From contig NC_073391.1 of NCBI RefSeq assembly GCF_028641065.1, positions 20,584,001 through 20,648,000 on the forward strand: a DNA stretch of 64,000 bases. Reading direction: 5' to 3'. This document shows positions 36,015-49,694 of this stretch, piece after piece. The DNA comes from Leucoraja erinacea (lineage: Eukaryota). Below the pieces are notes generated by a model. It searched no databases. It was not told the DNA's origin and was given only the letters and a program-made list of their open reading frames with translations. Each line of letters opens with the position of its first letter. The stretch's first letter is position 1. A program made the position numbers and the translations under genes.

Positions 36015-36769
36015 GGTATGAATTATTACATTTATTGTCGATCAACTTTTTCCAAATGTTCACAATACTGAGGAGCGTGTCTCATTTTTGAAGCTAATTT
36101 AAATCATGAAGAAAACCATTGGCAAGAATTCTACATGGGGGTTTGTGTGGTATTGATAATGAATAGATTGTCATTTTGTATTGATTGTGTTCCTGTCGAC
36201 ATTAATCTTCTTGCCTGTTTCCATGTCTGTTCAGTAGAAGTCCTCTTCTAAGATGAACTAACCTGCTAAAATGACGGGTTATTTTCCTAGGAATTCAGAC
36301 ACCTGGACCAGGAGGGCTCTTGGTTCAGTCTAATGGGGAATAAATATTTAATTTACCAATACATCACTAAAGTGCTGGTAGTCAGTATCTGGAGCTGAGA
36401 TTTTTAAAGTGAATCTCTGAAAACATTGCAAGTTTTTGCAGAAGCTGATAGTTCACTATTTTTGAAGAGGAATTGTTGATCCAATTGTAGCATTGAGTTT
36501 ACAGGTTTAAAATACAAAATACATGGTGAAAGTATGACATCATGACATTCTTTTCAGCTCCAGTAACCCTGATGATAAAATTGATGATAAACTTGTATCA
36601 ATTATTGTAACTTCTGTTATTTAAACCAAATAGGGTTCCCTTCAGGCCATTTATTCTTTAAGGAGCATTTATAATCTGACCACTGAGATTTTATACGTTA
36701 TTGTTTTATTTTCCATTTTGAGAACTTCCTATAAATCACCTGTCTGGGTACCAATTCAATAGGTTGATT

Positions 36770-37480
36770 AAGCATGTCAGCACCAGAGACCCAAGTTTGA
36801 TCCTGACCATGAATACCTTAGCTTGCACGTTGTCCCTTAACCATGTGGGTTTAAGGGCCTGTCCCACTTTCACAACCTAATTCACAACCTTTTTTACTCG
36901 TGGACATTTTTCATCGGGTTAGAGAAATGCCCCGACCTACTTGATGCCACGAGTACCTACGACTAATATCACGACCTAAGTACGACCTCATGACGACCAT
37001 GCTGCGAGTATGAGTTAAGGGCAAACTCGGCAGAGGTCGTGAATTAGGTCATGAAAGTGGGACAGGCCCTTTACTCTGGATACTCCAGTTTCTTCCCAGA
37101 GATATGTGGGATTATAAATTAATTGGCCCTTGTAAATTGCCCATAGTGTGAAGGAAATGGATTTGAAAGTGAGATAATAGATTTGTGTGAAGATAGACAC
37201 AAAACATTGGCGTAACTCAGCGGGACAGGCAGCATCTCTGGGGGGAAGGAATGGTTGACATTTCGGGTCGAGACCCTGCTTCAGACCCGATCCGAACATC
37301 ACCCATTCCTTCTCTCCAGAGATGCTTCCTGTCCCGCTGAGTTACTCCAGCTTTTTGTGTCTATCTTCAGTTTAAACCAGCATCTGCAGTGCCTTCTTAC
37401 ACATAGAATTGGTGTGATCAGATCAGTGTAGAGTCGGTGGGCTGAAGGGCTTGTATTCATGCTGTGTCCTACAACCAATC
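36770..37480 (+). mobile_element. tRNA-derived SINE interrupted by a MITE and a Penelope hairpin (37190-37403)
   Basis: CCAGAGACCCAAGTTTGATCC..CCATGTGGGT[MITE]..CTCCAGTTTC..AATTGCCC[PLE]..GGGCTGAAGGGC. Confidence 0.65.
36854..37070. mobile_element. PIF/Harbinger-type MITE
   Basis: TIRs AGGGCCTGTCCCACTTTCA.AACCTAATTCAC / GTGAATTAGGT.ATGAAAGTGGGACAGGCCCT. TTA TSD at 36851-36853 and 37071-37073. Confidence 0.85.
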
Positions 37481-38249
37481 AATTGCAAGATGCATCCACT
37501 TGCCTACATGCAGAATAACATACTGGCAGTTATACCTTGTATCAATCGTTTTTGAAAATATTATTGTTCGTCTCGATGCTGAGTCATAGAATTTTAGAGC
37601 ATAGACTCATTTAGCCCTTTGTTCCAAAGTGAGCTAAGAAATTCTGTTTGGCTTCTTATGGGCAGTATTTGCTTAATCTGCGCGGCCAATACAGGAATTG
37701 TTCACATGGCAAGTGCCTGTTTTCAACAAATTGTCTCTTTCATAATGAACTTCTATCAAATCTATTCCTTCCCATATCTGATCCACGGTTCACCTGATTT
37801 TCCCATTCTTGCAGTTTCTGCTAAGTTTTCTCAGTGATTTTATATTCCACCAAGAGTAATCTGATTGTGAGGTAATGCAATTAATATGCAGATTTTATAA
37901 ATACAAGTAGAAGCTGTTGTTGGTAATTCAACCCCTAATGCCTGCTTTGCCTTTCAATAAAATAAATGCCACTTTAATACACTCATTCCTTTTCCCATGC
38001 GTCCTTAATATTTAAAATATATAGACTGCCTTGAATATGTTGAGTGACTGAATCTCCACAGTCTACAGTAGTAGAAAATTCAAATGAATTTGTAACAAGA
38101 AATGTCTCATCTCTCACCTGAATGGCTGCCCTTTATTTTGTGACAGTGCCCTGGTTCTGTACTCTCAGCAAGAGGAAATATTAATTCTGCGTCGATCCAA
38201 ACAATTCCTATATGAATTTTATATATTTTGATAAGATCTCTTTCACATT

Positions 38250-38445
38250 TTTAGAGATACAGTGCGGAAACAGGCCCTGGCCCACCGAGTCCGAACTGAC
38301 CAGTAATCCCCGCACATCAATATTATCCTCTGGTCACGGGGAGAACGTACAAACTCGATACAGACAGGCACCCATAGACAGAATCGAACTCTGGTCTCCG
38401 GCGCTATAAGACAGCAGCTCTACCGCTACGCCACCGTGCTGCCCT
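38250..38445 (-). mobile_element. SINE fragment (internally deleted)
   Basis: Homologous to 14913-15226: TTTAGAGATACAGTGCGGAAACAGGCCC..CTCTACCGCTACGCCACCGTGCTGCCC. Confidence 0.7.
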
Positions 38446-38552
38446 CAAAGAGACTACAGGCCCAGTATCATTTTTTTCATAACAAGCCTGCTATCCCAGA
38501 AATCAATGTATATTGTCTCTTGCAAGTACATTTTTCACTTGATAAAGAGATC

Positions 38553-40611
38553 AAGTTCAAGTTCAAGTGAGTTTATTGTCATGTGTCCCTGTATAGGATA
38601 ATGAAATTCTTGCTTTGCTTCAGCACACAGAACATAGTAGGCATTTACTACAAAACAGATAAGTGTGTCCATATACCATAATATAAATATATACACACAT
38701 GAATAAATAAACTGATAAAGTGCAAATAACAGATAATTAATAATCAGAATTTTGTCCGAGCCAAGTTTAATAGCCTGATGGCTGTGGGGAAGTAGCTATT
38801 CCTGAACTTGGTTGTTGCAGCCTTCAGGCTCCTGTACCTTCTACTTGAAGGTAGCAGGGAGATGAGTGTGTGGCCAGGATGGTGTGGGTCTTTGATGATA
38901 CTGCCAGCCTTTTTAAGGCAGCGACTGCGATAAATCCCCTCGATGGAAGGAAGGTCAGAGCCGATGATGGACTGGGCAGTGTTTACTACTTTTTGTAGTC
39001 TTTTCCTCTCCAGGGTACTCAAATTGCCGAGCCAAGCCACGATGCAACCAGTCAGCATGCTCTCTACTGTGCACCTGTAGAAGTTAGAGAGAGTCTTCCT
39101 TGACAAACCGACTCTCCGTAATCTTCTCAGGAGATAGAGGTGCTGATGAGCTTTCTTGATAATTGCATTAGTGTTCTTGGACCAGGAAAGATCTTCAGAG
39201 ATGTGCACGCCCAGGAATTTGAAGCTCTTGACCCTTCCAGCCATTGATATAAATGGGGCTGTGGGTCCCCCTCCTACTCCTTCCAAAGTCCACAATCAGT
39301 TCCTTGATTTTGCTGGTGTTGAGGGCCAGGTTATTGCGCTGGCACCATATGGACAGGTGCTCGATCTCTCTTCTATACTCTGACTCATCCTCATCAGTGA
39401 TACGTCCCACAAAAGTGGTGTTGTCAGCGAACTTGATAATGGAGTTCGCACTGTGACTGGCTACGCAGTCATGAGTATAGAGTGAGTACAGCAGGGGGCT
39501 GAGCACGCAGCCTTGAGGTGCTCCCGTGCTGATTGTTATCGAGGCTGACACATTTCCACCAATACGAACAGATCCAATTGCAGAGGGATACGCAGAGACC
39601 CAGTTCTGCGAGTTTGGTAACCAGCTTGGAGGGGATGATTGTGTTAAATGCGGAGCTGTTATCGATGAATAACAGCCTGACATATGAGTTTTTGTTGTTC
39701 AAGTGGTCCAGAGCGGAGTGGAGGACCAGCGAGATCATATCCACCGTTGATCTGTTGTGGCGGTAAGCGAACTGCAGTGGGTCCAAGTTTTTGTCGAGGT
39801 AGGAGCTCCATGATCAACCTCTCAAAACACTTCATCACCACCGGCGTTAGTGCCACTGGTCGATAGTCATTGAGGCACGTCACCTTGCTCTTCTTGGGCA
39901 CCGATATAATTGATGCCCTTTTAAAGCAGGTGGGGACCTCAGACCTCAGAAGTGAGAGGTTGAAAATGTCCGTAAAAACTCCAGCCAGTTGGTCCGCACA
40001 GGTTTTTAGAACACGACCGGGTATACCATCAGGTCCAGGCGCTTTTCGGGAGTTCACTCCTCTGAAGGATTTCCTGACGTCGGCTTCTGTGACTGAGACT
40101 AAAATACCATCACAGTTAATGGGGGATCGGGAAGGCACATCAGTATTCTCCCTATCAAAGCATGGGTAAAACGCATTGAGCTCGTCAGGGAGTGATGTTT
40201 CGCCGACGTTCGAGCTGCCTCCTGGTTTCGCCTTGTAGGAGGTGATTGCATTCAGGCCCCGCCACAGCTGCCGAACATCTGTCTCATCCTCCAGTTTGGA
40301 GCTGAAGTCCCTTTTGACCTTTTTGATGGCCTTACCAAGGTCGTATCTGGACTTCTTGTAGGCCACTGTATCATCGGACGTGAATGCCCTGTGTCTGGAC
40401 TTCCAAAGAGTGCGGATCTCAAAGTTCATCCAAGGTTTCTGATTCGGATACACTCGGAAGGTTTTTGTAGGGATGCAGTCCTCCACACATTTCTTTATGA
40501 AGTCTGTAACGACTGTGGCGTATTCGTTCAAGTCCGTTGCCGAGTCCTTGAACATTGCCCAGTCTACAGACTCCAAACAGTCCTGGAGTTGTTCTTCTGC
40601 CCCCACCCCCG

Positions 40612-40646
<35 letters not shown>

Positions 40647-41455
40647 ACCAGCTCTGTGCTGTCCTCACTTCTGGGGGTGTGCGCTCTTCAATTGCTGCCT
40701 ATAGGCAGGAAGAAGCAGCACCGCGGTATGGTCGGATTTACCGAAGTGAGGGCGAGGGATAGAACGATAGGCATTCTTGATGGTGGTGTAGCAGTGGTCG
40801 AGGGTGTTAGGTCCTCTGGTGCAGCAGGAGACATGTTGGTGGAAGTTAGGGAGTGATTTCTTTAGGTTTGCCTTATTGAAGTCCCCAGCAATGGTGGTAA
40901 ATGCCTTGGGGTAAGACATCTGGTGTTTGTTGACCACGGCGTGCAGCTCCTCCAGTGCCAGACGGACGTCTCTGCCTGGGGTGGGATGTAGACCGTGGTC
41001 GGGATGATGGAGGTGAATTCCCTTGGGAGGTAGAAGGGACGACACTTCACCACCAGATGTTCCAGGTGTGGAGAGCAGGAGTTGGACAGGACTGCCACGT
41101 CTGAGCACCACGCAGAGTTGACCATGAGGCAGACGCCCCCTCCTCTCCCTTTCCCAGATGCCAGTGTACGGTCCATACGGTGGATGGAGAACCCTTCAGG
41201 CTGAACCGCTGTGTCTGGGGAGCTGGGAGTGAGCCATGTCTCTGTGAAACAGAACCCAGAGCATTCCCTCAGCTCCCTTTGATAAAGCAGCCTTGCCCTT
41301 AAGTCCTCCACTTTGTTTTCAAAGGACTGTACGTTGGCCAGTAGGATAGCAGGGAGAGAGGGCCGAAGTCCCCTGCGCTTCAGTCTGAGCTGAAGTCCTG
41401 CCCGTCGGCCACGTCTCCGGACACAATGGAGGCTTCCCCTTTGTTTCCAGGTACT
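38553..41455 (-). mobile_element. Near full-length Rex1/Babar LINE ORF (APE + RT), frameshifted
   Basis: [67 protein letters not shown] and KFADNT, with a (TTGAAC)n tail. Confidence 0.92.
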
Positions 41456-41996
41456 GTGCTTGCTGAGATGAGATTCCAAATGTGGTCTCACCAAGGCCTT
41501 TATTGTGTAATTAGGTAAAACATGTCTAATTCCCGTACTCAAGTAGGGCCCAATACAATTTTTAAATTATCTGGTTGCCAGTAATGCCAATATTTCCCTC
41601 CTTTACTGCCTGGAAATGGGTCACTGTCCATCCATTTATCATTTATAACATTTGTTATCCAGTAAATCTACTGAGTATGAGGCATACATTACCTTTTTTT
41701 AAATTTAAAGATCCATTTAGCACTACTGATCACTAACCCATCACATTGAAATAAGTCCATGTATGTACACAGACTCAACCTTAACCATTCCTGCCATTAA
41801 ATATATGCAATTATGGTGACCTTTCAAATTAAATCCAGTCTTTCTCATTGATAAAATGACAATCAACAACCTTGTATTAAGCAGTGAAAAACTGATTTCC
41901 AACTGGATCTTATTTATAACTACTTGTTATCATTTTTCCCAAGTTATCTAAATAAATAAAATAATCTTGTGCAATAATTCCTTATAGAAACTGATT

Positions 41997-42700
41997 TCAA
42001 GGTCAAGGTCAGTTTATTGTCACGTATCAATTAAGGTACAGTGAAATTTGAGTTACCATACAGCCGTACTAAGTCAAAAGCAACAAGAAGCACCACCACA
42101 TATAAATGAACATAAACATCCATCACAGTGGATTCCACAACCCTCACTTTGATGGAAGGCAATAAAGTTTAATTTTCTTCCTCTTGTTCTCCCGCGGTCG
42201 GGGCAGTCAAACCATCTGCAGTTGGGGCGATCAAAGCCCACTTCAGGGTGATCGAAACTCCTGCATCGGGGTGGTTGAAACTCCGCAGCATGGAGCTCCC
42301 GAGTTGGCCTCTTCTTAATTCTTGCGTATAGCATGCACAGCCTAAAGTTGCAGGACAACTTGGTCTATTTGATCTTATTTGATTGTGCACGCCTGGTTGA
42401 TTGCACTTGATGAAACACGTGAAGGTTGCAATCTCCCACCCCCTCTTTCTAGAGACTGCAGGCTTCACGATGTTAAAGACCACAGCCCCGCGCTTGGAAC
42501 TTCGATCCCCAGCAAAGGGATCGCCAGCTCTGCGATGTTAAAATACTGCAGACTCCTGCCGCTTTGAGCGCCCGTCGGTCTCCAGGAAAGGCCGGAACTT
42601 CACGATGTTAAGCCACAGTAGGGACGGAGATGCGATACGGAAATAAATCATATATCAAAATCAAAAAATCCGTCCAGGTAAGAGATTGGAAAAAAAAGTT
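41997..42700 (-). mobile_element. LINE-tail-bearing non-coding retroposon, with a probable small insert at ~42312-42443
   Basis: The plus strand starts TCAAGGTCAAGGTCAGTTTATTGTCAC (AATAAA plus tandem tail on minus). GC-rich internal repeats. Confidence 0.45.
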
Positions 42701-42831
42701 CATTCTGTCTCCACCAATATCCATCCCTTTCACATGGCATACAGACTTGCTCTTTCTATACGCCCCTCTCTCAAAGATTGGGCATCAGGAAAAATGCCTC
42801 GATATAGCAGCATATTACACCTAGCCATTAA

Positions 42832-43172
42832 CTGTGTAGGAAGGAACTGCAGATACTGGTTTAAACCGAAGATAGACACAAAAAGCTGGAGTAACTCAGC
42901 GGTACTGGCAGAGATGCTGCCTGTCCTGCTGAGTTATTCCAGCTTTTTGTGTCTCTCTGCCATTTACAGTGTGATCTCGACACTGAGACCAAAATGGTGA
43001 AAGATATTTTGATAATGAGTAGCATAATAGAAGATAGACACAAAAAGCTGGAGTAACTCTGAAGGGTCTTGACCCAAAATGTCACCCATTCCTTCTCTCC
43101 AGAGTTGCTGCCTGTCCCGCTGAGTTACTCCAGCTTTTTGGTTTAAACCAGCATATGCAGTTCCTTCTTACA
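42832..43172. mobile_element. Two adjacent Penelope-derived hairpin fragments
   Basis: GACACAAAAAGCTGGAGTAACTC..GAGTTA.TCCAGCTTTTTG inverted pairs at 42875-42955 and 43035-43140. Confidence 0.65.
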
Positions 43173-45732
43173 CATATAATATAATAGCATTGACTGTTTC
43201 AGTCAAATTTTACTTAATGAGATGCCTCCCTGATGCATAATCCATTCATAAATCAAGGAATACCTGTATTGCTTGTGGAAAACTTCACTGTAGCAGGAAA
43301 TCTCAGTCTCCTGTGCCTGTCACTTTAATTATCTCTCCCACTCTTACACTATTCCAGTGAAGCTCAAAATTGAGGGAGAGCAGCACAGGCTGGGTTGGGG
43401 GAGGGGTTGCTGTGTGGGAAGAGTTTAAATAGAAGAATGAGAGGAGATTTCATAGAAACATATAATTCTTTCAGTGCTTGACAGGCTGGGAGGACATTTC
43501 CCCCTGATTGATGAATCTCTTTCAGAATAAATGGCAGGCTGCTGAGGACAGTAGGAAGAAATTCTTCACGAAAAGATTACAAAGCTGTATTTTCTATCTT
43601 GGAGACTCTAGTATCTTTCGAGTTTGTTCAAAGCAGAGACTGATAGATTACATAAAATTATGTCAATCGATAGAAATGGGATGGAGCAGGAAAATAATTC
43701 TGTAGTCCACGATTGGCCTTTAACGTGATGAATGGTAAAAAAAAAAAGCTTGAAGGGCCAGCTGGCCTATGTCTGCTATTTCTTATGTTGACCGGCACCT
43801 CATTTTACAAGTGGGCATTTCGCAACCTTCAGCCAATGGTTTTAGGAGTTTCAGGAAAAGAGCACTTCTATTTTTACTTTTTTGAATATGTTTCCTTGAG
43901 TTGTTTGGAAACACAAAATTGTCCACGGTGGCAGGGAAAATACAAATTATATTATGCAAATGATGAGAGATTGCAGAAGGATATGCCGGTCTTAGTGCGT
44001 GATCCGTAAAAAGGTTTGTATGCAGATATGGCAAGCAACTAGGAAAGCTAAGAGTTTTATTGTTTACTGATGGGGAAGTTGAATGCAAATGTAGAGAGGT
44101 TGTGCTCCATGGGCCGCTGGTGCAAGTACAGCTGGAAGAGGGTGTACTGTACTCGTCTTATTTAAGGATGGATGTAAATGCATTGGAGGAAGTTTGAAGG
44201 ATAATTACTTAATTAACATGTGACATAGCCGGTTGTCTTTTAAGAAAAAGTTTAATCGGCTATGTATGTATCTCTGCTTTTTGGAAGAATAAGAAGTGAC
44301 TCTTTTGATCACAAGATTCTGAAGGGACTTGATGCAGACACAATCTTTCTTCTGATAGGAGAATCACATGTTAAGGCTTACACAGTTAAGATGTAGGACA
44401 ATATTTTCTCAGTGTACTTGGAGGATGCTTTAATTTCTCCTGCTTACACCTCTTGCAGTCAGAGCTTTTGTTTCCTGGTGTGTAACAACCCTTTTAAAGC
44501 TTTGTGCTTTGTCATTTAATCTCTCTTACCTGCGCCTTTGTTACTCTTGCCCTTGACCTTTCCATGTAATTTAAAATCTGTTTGACTTTCCGTAGTTCTG
44601 ATGAAAGAGTGATGACGTGAAACAGTTAACTATGCTTCATAACCTTTTGTGTATTTCCAGTGTTGTTTGCCGATTTACTAAGTACTTCATGTCAATCAAT
44701 GTCTCACAGTGATTCTTGATACTGCCTTTGAAGAAGTTTGCCACAATTGACATGACATGCAGGCTACTATTAAATTGCCCATTTGCACCCAACTTTTGAT
44801 CATCAGCTTTGGCATCTCCCCCAGCCCAAGTTGCTTTTAAAAATAAAGTAATTGGGAACTGCAGCCCTTCCTCTAAAATTCTGAATAAAAATTTCAATAG
44901 CCAATTGTCTTGTTTTTATATAATCTGCTCTATATTCACTCTCTTGTGATTGCAAAATGACTGAATCTGAATCTGCCATGATGTAATTCTTGACATTTAT
45001 CCTAATTCATGTTTAATTAGCAAAATAACAGTTAAACATTTCATTAAATACAGCATCTTCCCAACCTCGTGAATGGCAGAATATATCCTGTTGCTCAATA
45101 TTTGCTTGCAGCGTATTTGAAAACATTCTTGTTTTTGTTTGATTCATAATATTTTACAGTGTGGATGGTGCCCACTTAACTCTTGTGCTTATGTATACTC
45201 TGCAGGAGCTGTCTCTGTTCCATTTCCCCTCAACTTTCCTTGTAATGTGTAATCCTAGATTGTTGCTATGTTCCCTTCCTTTCATCTTTCTGCAGTCTTT
45301 TTTAAATGTGATATTTTCCAGCTGATCTTTATGGAGAACCTTTTCCTCTTTATTGCCTTTTGCAACTTGAAAATTTAGAAATATGATTTTCTTACCTCAT
45401 CTCTCACCCCACCAGCCTCTACATCCAACACATCATTCTGCATATCACTGTGCCATGGGAAAGCAGCCAACATAATCAAGGCCCCTTTTCAATTGGTCAT
45501 TCTGGCTTCTCCCCTTGCTCATCGGGCAGAAGATATAAAAAAAACTTGAAAGTATGTACCACCAGATTCTAAAACATCATCTTCCCACCCCTAAGCTAGG
45601 GTGTACTCCCGACCTTCCAACCAACCTCATTGTGAACCTTGCATGTTTTTATCTGCGCATTCTCTGTAACTAGCACAATAATGCTACAAACCATATTTTG
45701 CACTCTGGTATATTTCTCTTTGCACCACCTGT

Positions 45733-46460
45733 TTTGAATTGAATTTGAATTGAATACATTTTATTAGTCAAGTATGTATAAGTACAAGGAATTTGCCTAG
45801 GTGCTTTGCTCGCAAAATAACAACACGATGTACAGTAAACAATTAAAAAATAAAACATTATAATTTAAACATGTGAAGAATGAAATAAAATACCACAAAA
45901 GGAGGCTACAGACTTTTGGCTGTTGAGTAGAGCTAGTGCTCGTGGGGGAAAAAGCTGTTTTTATGTCTGGCTGTGGCGGCTTTGACAGTCTGGAGTCGCC
46001 TTCCAGAGGGGTGCTTCAAAGAGATTGTGGCCAGGGTGGGAGGGGTCAGAGATGATCTTACCCGCTCGCTTCCTGGCCCTTGCAGTGTACAGTTCGTCGA
46101 TGGGGGGAAGGTTGCAGCCAACAACCTTCTCGGCTGATCGAATGATGCGCTGCAGACTCCGGATGTCATGCTTGGTGGCTGAGCCAAACCAGACCATGAT
46201 GAACAAAGTGTGAACAGACTCTATGATGACAGTATAGAGTCCAAACTGGACCATCATTGCCTGTGGCAGATTGTGTTTTCTCAGCTGCCGCAGGAAGTAC
46301 ATCCTCTGTTGGTCCTTTTTGACCCCCCCATTTATGGTCCCTGGAGATAATGGTTCCAAGGCCCCACAATAAATGACTCCACAGATGTGACTGGTGTTGT
46401 TGATGGTGAGTGGAGGAAGGGGAGGGGGAGCTCTCCTAAAGTCTACAATCAATACCACTG
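45733..46460 (-). mobile_element. Rex1/Babar LINE 3' fragment
   Basis: QQRMYFLRQLRKHNLPQAM..SDPSHPGH, with an (ATTCAA)n tail. Confidence 0.85.
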
Positions 46461-46464
46461 TCTT

Positions 46465-46680
46465 ACGAGCAATTTCTACCACCTTTAAACGTGACCCCCC
46501 CCCCCCAGTCACATTTTCCCATCATCATCCCTTTCTGCTTTTTACTGAGGCTTTTCCCTCCATGATTCTTTGGTTCACCTATTCTTCCCTTTTCCAAGGC
46601 ACTTTCCCCTGGAACCACAGGAGATACAACACTTGTCCCACTCACCATTCAGGTCCCTAATGACACATTCAGGTGAGACA
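46465..46680 (+). mobile_element. Penelope-like element internal fragment (pre-GIY-YIG region)
   Basis: FKRDP..HIFPS..GTFPWNHRRYNTCP, homologous to the minus-strand PLE at ~57713-57900. Confidence 0.6.
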
Positions 46681-47163
46681 GTACTTTACTTTCATCTTTC
46701 CAACCTTGGAATGGGGCTAGATTAACTTTAGACATATAAAGTTTACAAATGCCCGTATAGTCCTTGCGTGCGATTGAGCATTTGAGAGACTGGTGAGATG
46801 GATTTGATGGCTGCTGCAGTGTTTCAGGTGACAAAGTTTTTGACACGAGCTGCAATTGTGTCACCCAGGAAAAATACACTTTATTTAACATGTTGATGTC
46901 CATTTTGTGAATCCTATCTAGATTCACACTGTCCAGCAGTGTCCTTTGCAAAGCCAGCAATCTATCTATTATATAAAAGTCTGGCTGCCGCCTGCCGTCC
47001 GTCCGGCTGCCTGTCTGCCTTTTGATTCGTTCCAATCGTGTGATTTCACAATGCCCAATGCTCGCAGATGTCCAATCGGGATGGATCCATTTACATATGC
47101 CTTTGCACCAGCCCCAGCCCCTGGTGACCGTGTCATCGTGTGATGTCACAATGCCCAATGCTC

Positions 47164-47688
47164 AAAGATATTCTTGCCATAGAGGGAGTACAGAGAAGGT
47201 TCACCAGACTGATTCCTGGGATGTCAGGACTTTCATATGAATAAAGACTGGATAGACTCGGCTTGTACTCGCTAGATTTTAGAAGATTGAGGGGGTATCT
47301 TATAGAAACGTACAAAATTCTTAAGTGGTTGGACAGGCTAGATGCAGGAAGATTGTTCCAGATGTTGGGGAAGTCCAGAACAAGGGGTCACAGTTTAAGG
47401 ATAAGGGGTAAATCTTTTATGACCGAGATGAGAAAAACATTTTTCACATAGAGAGCGGTGAATCTCTGGAATTCACTGGCACAGAAGGTAGTTGAGGACA
47501 GTTCATTGGCTATATTTAAGAGGGAGTTAGATGTGGCCCTTGTGGCTAAAGGGATCAGGGGGTATGGAGTGAAGGCAGGTATGGGATACTGAGTTGAATG
47601 ATCAGCCATGATCATATTGAATGGTTGTGCAGCCTCAAAGGGCCGAATGGCCTACTCCTGCACTTAATTTCTATGTTTCTATGTTTCC
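47164..47688 (+). mobile_element. CR1 3' fragment inside the Helitron
   Basis: DILAIEGVQRRFTRLIPG..RRLRGYLIETYKIL..RTRGHSL, with a (TTTCTATG)n tail. Confidence 0.88.
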
Positions 47689-48072
47689 CTTTCCCTCCCC
47701 TCTCCCTCTCCCACCCATCCCTCTCTCCCCACCCCCCTTCCCTCTCTACCCCACCCCCTTCCCTCTCTCCACCCGCCCCCTTCCTCCTACCCCTCTGTCC
47801 CTCTGCCATCACTCACCCTACCCCTCTCCTCCTCCCTCCCCACTCTTCCTCTTCCTCACCCTCTCTCTGTTCCCTCCTCCCCTTCCTCCCTTCTTCTTCC
47901 CCCCCCTCCCCCCTCCCCCCCCCCCCCCCCCCCATCCCCCCATCCCTCACATCTCTCTCCCCATCCCCCCCTCTCTCACCTCCTACTCCGCTCTCCTTTC
48001 CCTCCCAAATCTGTCCCGTTTCCTCCTCCTCCTCTCCCCTCCCTCCCCTCTTCTCATCCCCCTCCCCCCACC
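47689..48072. repeat. C/T low-complexity tract within the Helitron
   Basis: Polypyrimidine-rich run. Confidence 0.85.
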
Positions 48073-49694
48073 TGTGTGTTTGAGGGGTGGTTAATGTGAG
48101 TGTGATGCCGCAGCCCCCCCCCCCGCAAACGCCGTTGGGGAAACAGACCCAACGGGTCTGCACTTGGTCTAGTGGCATTTAAAATTTTGTCTGCAGCAAA
48201 ATATTTTAATAGACATTATTTGCCTGAGATAGGATATGGTAAATCTATTAATATCAGCTTCTTCATCATCATTAAGAATGACAAAGTGAGATTTTAAATG
48301 CTTTTCCAGACTTATCGTCCTATGATACAATCACTACAGCAGGCATTGTGGCCAGATTTCCAATTTAAGAACTGCTATGTTTACAATCAGTTCTCAGGAA
48401 CAGAATGCCTTCCATAGTTCAAGGAGAACCTGTAACCAGATCACATCACAAGCCTTAATTTAGAGCCATAGTGTGGAAAGCAAAATCACGTCAAGTAAAA
48501 AGATTGTCGGCAACAGATACTTAATTTGGGATAAGACAAATTCCTATTGCTACTATTACCACCTTACTATAATAGCACTATGTTCTGCAGGCATTTTTCT
48601 AACACAATTATGCTCTCTGATATATATTTTTTCTTTGCACTACGTGTTGGATTTGTGTATGATTTGTTTATACTTATGTTTAGCATGATTTGACTGGATA
48701 GCACGCAAACTAGGTTTTTCCACTGTATCTTGGTTTACATCACAATAACAAACTAATATCGAATTTCCAAACCTGATACTTGGTCGCTCTTTAAAATAAA
48801 TATAAATTTCTTATTTTGTGTCGAGTTGCATTCAGAAACCTAGTATTTCTTACCAGCTTAAACATACACTGAACATTGAACAGTTTCCATAAAGACCATT
48901 GGGTCAAAGTGATTGTTTTCTTGAGGGTGATCTTTAATTACAGAGGGGAATCTTCCTGTGGGCATATTGTAGACTTGCCAGGCTGATCTAGTGACCCCAC
49001 TCTTTTTATACAATCTATGTGTGCAACCAACATTTTTTTGGCCTAATGTGATGTGTCAAATCTTCAAAAAGAATAATTATATTATTCTTCTGCAAGTTAG
49101 CCTGTAAAATAGTGTTAATGCTCCCAAATGGCCTGTCAAATGTCAGTGCCTAACTGAATAAATATAAATTAAAAAAACTGTGTGGCACTGAGACAATAGT
49201 TTTCTTTTAATGGGCAAGCTGAGAATATTTGTATTGGGATGTTTTCCTTTTGAGGAAGTAGTACATAGTCAATTGAATGGCTTTAACAAAATAATAGTTA
49301 TAAAGACACAACAAGTTGATGCATTTGTAGAAAGATGCCTTAAGTGATTGTTAAAATGTGCTCAAGGCTGTCACTAATGTAATCCAAATATATATGAAAA
49401 ACATTGTTTTTGAGAATTTAGTAGTTTTTTTGAACTACGATTATGGCAGTCTGATTTACCGTGGCATTGTCTGAACCTCTGTTTTGCACTGGGTATCTCA
49501 CCTCACACTGTTTGTAAAACAACGAGAGATTATAAATACATATTTATAATTCAATTTTGTCAGAAAGTTCCTCAAGGTGCTTTTTATAACTTTTGGAAGT
49601 AATTTTTTATTACAGTCCCCCTTGTAAAGTGAGAAACGTGCCAATCAATTTACATAAAATCAAACAAGTAGTAATGTAGTAGCAACTAGACAAT

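Larger units (their letters stand above)
46961..48172 (+). mobile_element. Non-autonomous Helitron
   Basis: 5' end A|TCTATCTATTATATAAAA. 3' hairpin CAGACCC-AAC-GGGTCTG lies 8 nt before CTAG|T. No TSD; inserted between A and T. Confidence 0.85.

Noticed and set aside
42832-43172. CRISPR-like repeat-spacer pattern from recurring CTGGAGTAACTCAGC units
   Set aside because: The context is eukaryotic. The units are dispersed, inverted retroelement ends with no regular spacing and no cas genes.
46649-47158. 169-aa minus-strand ORF
   Set aside because: It crosses PLE, unique and Helitron boundaries, so it is a chimeric chance frame with no recognisable domain.
47598-48178. Pro/Ser-rich ORFs
   Set aside because: They arise from the low-complexity C/T tract within the Helitron.
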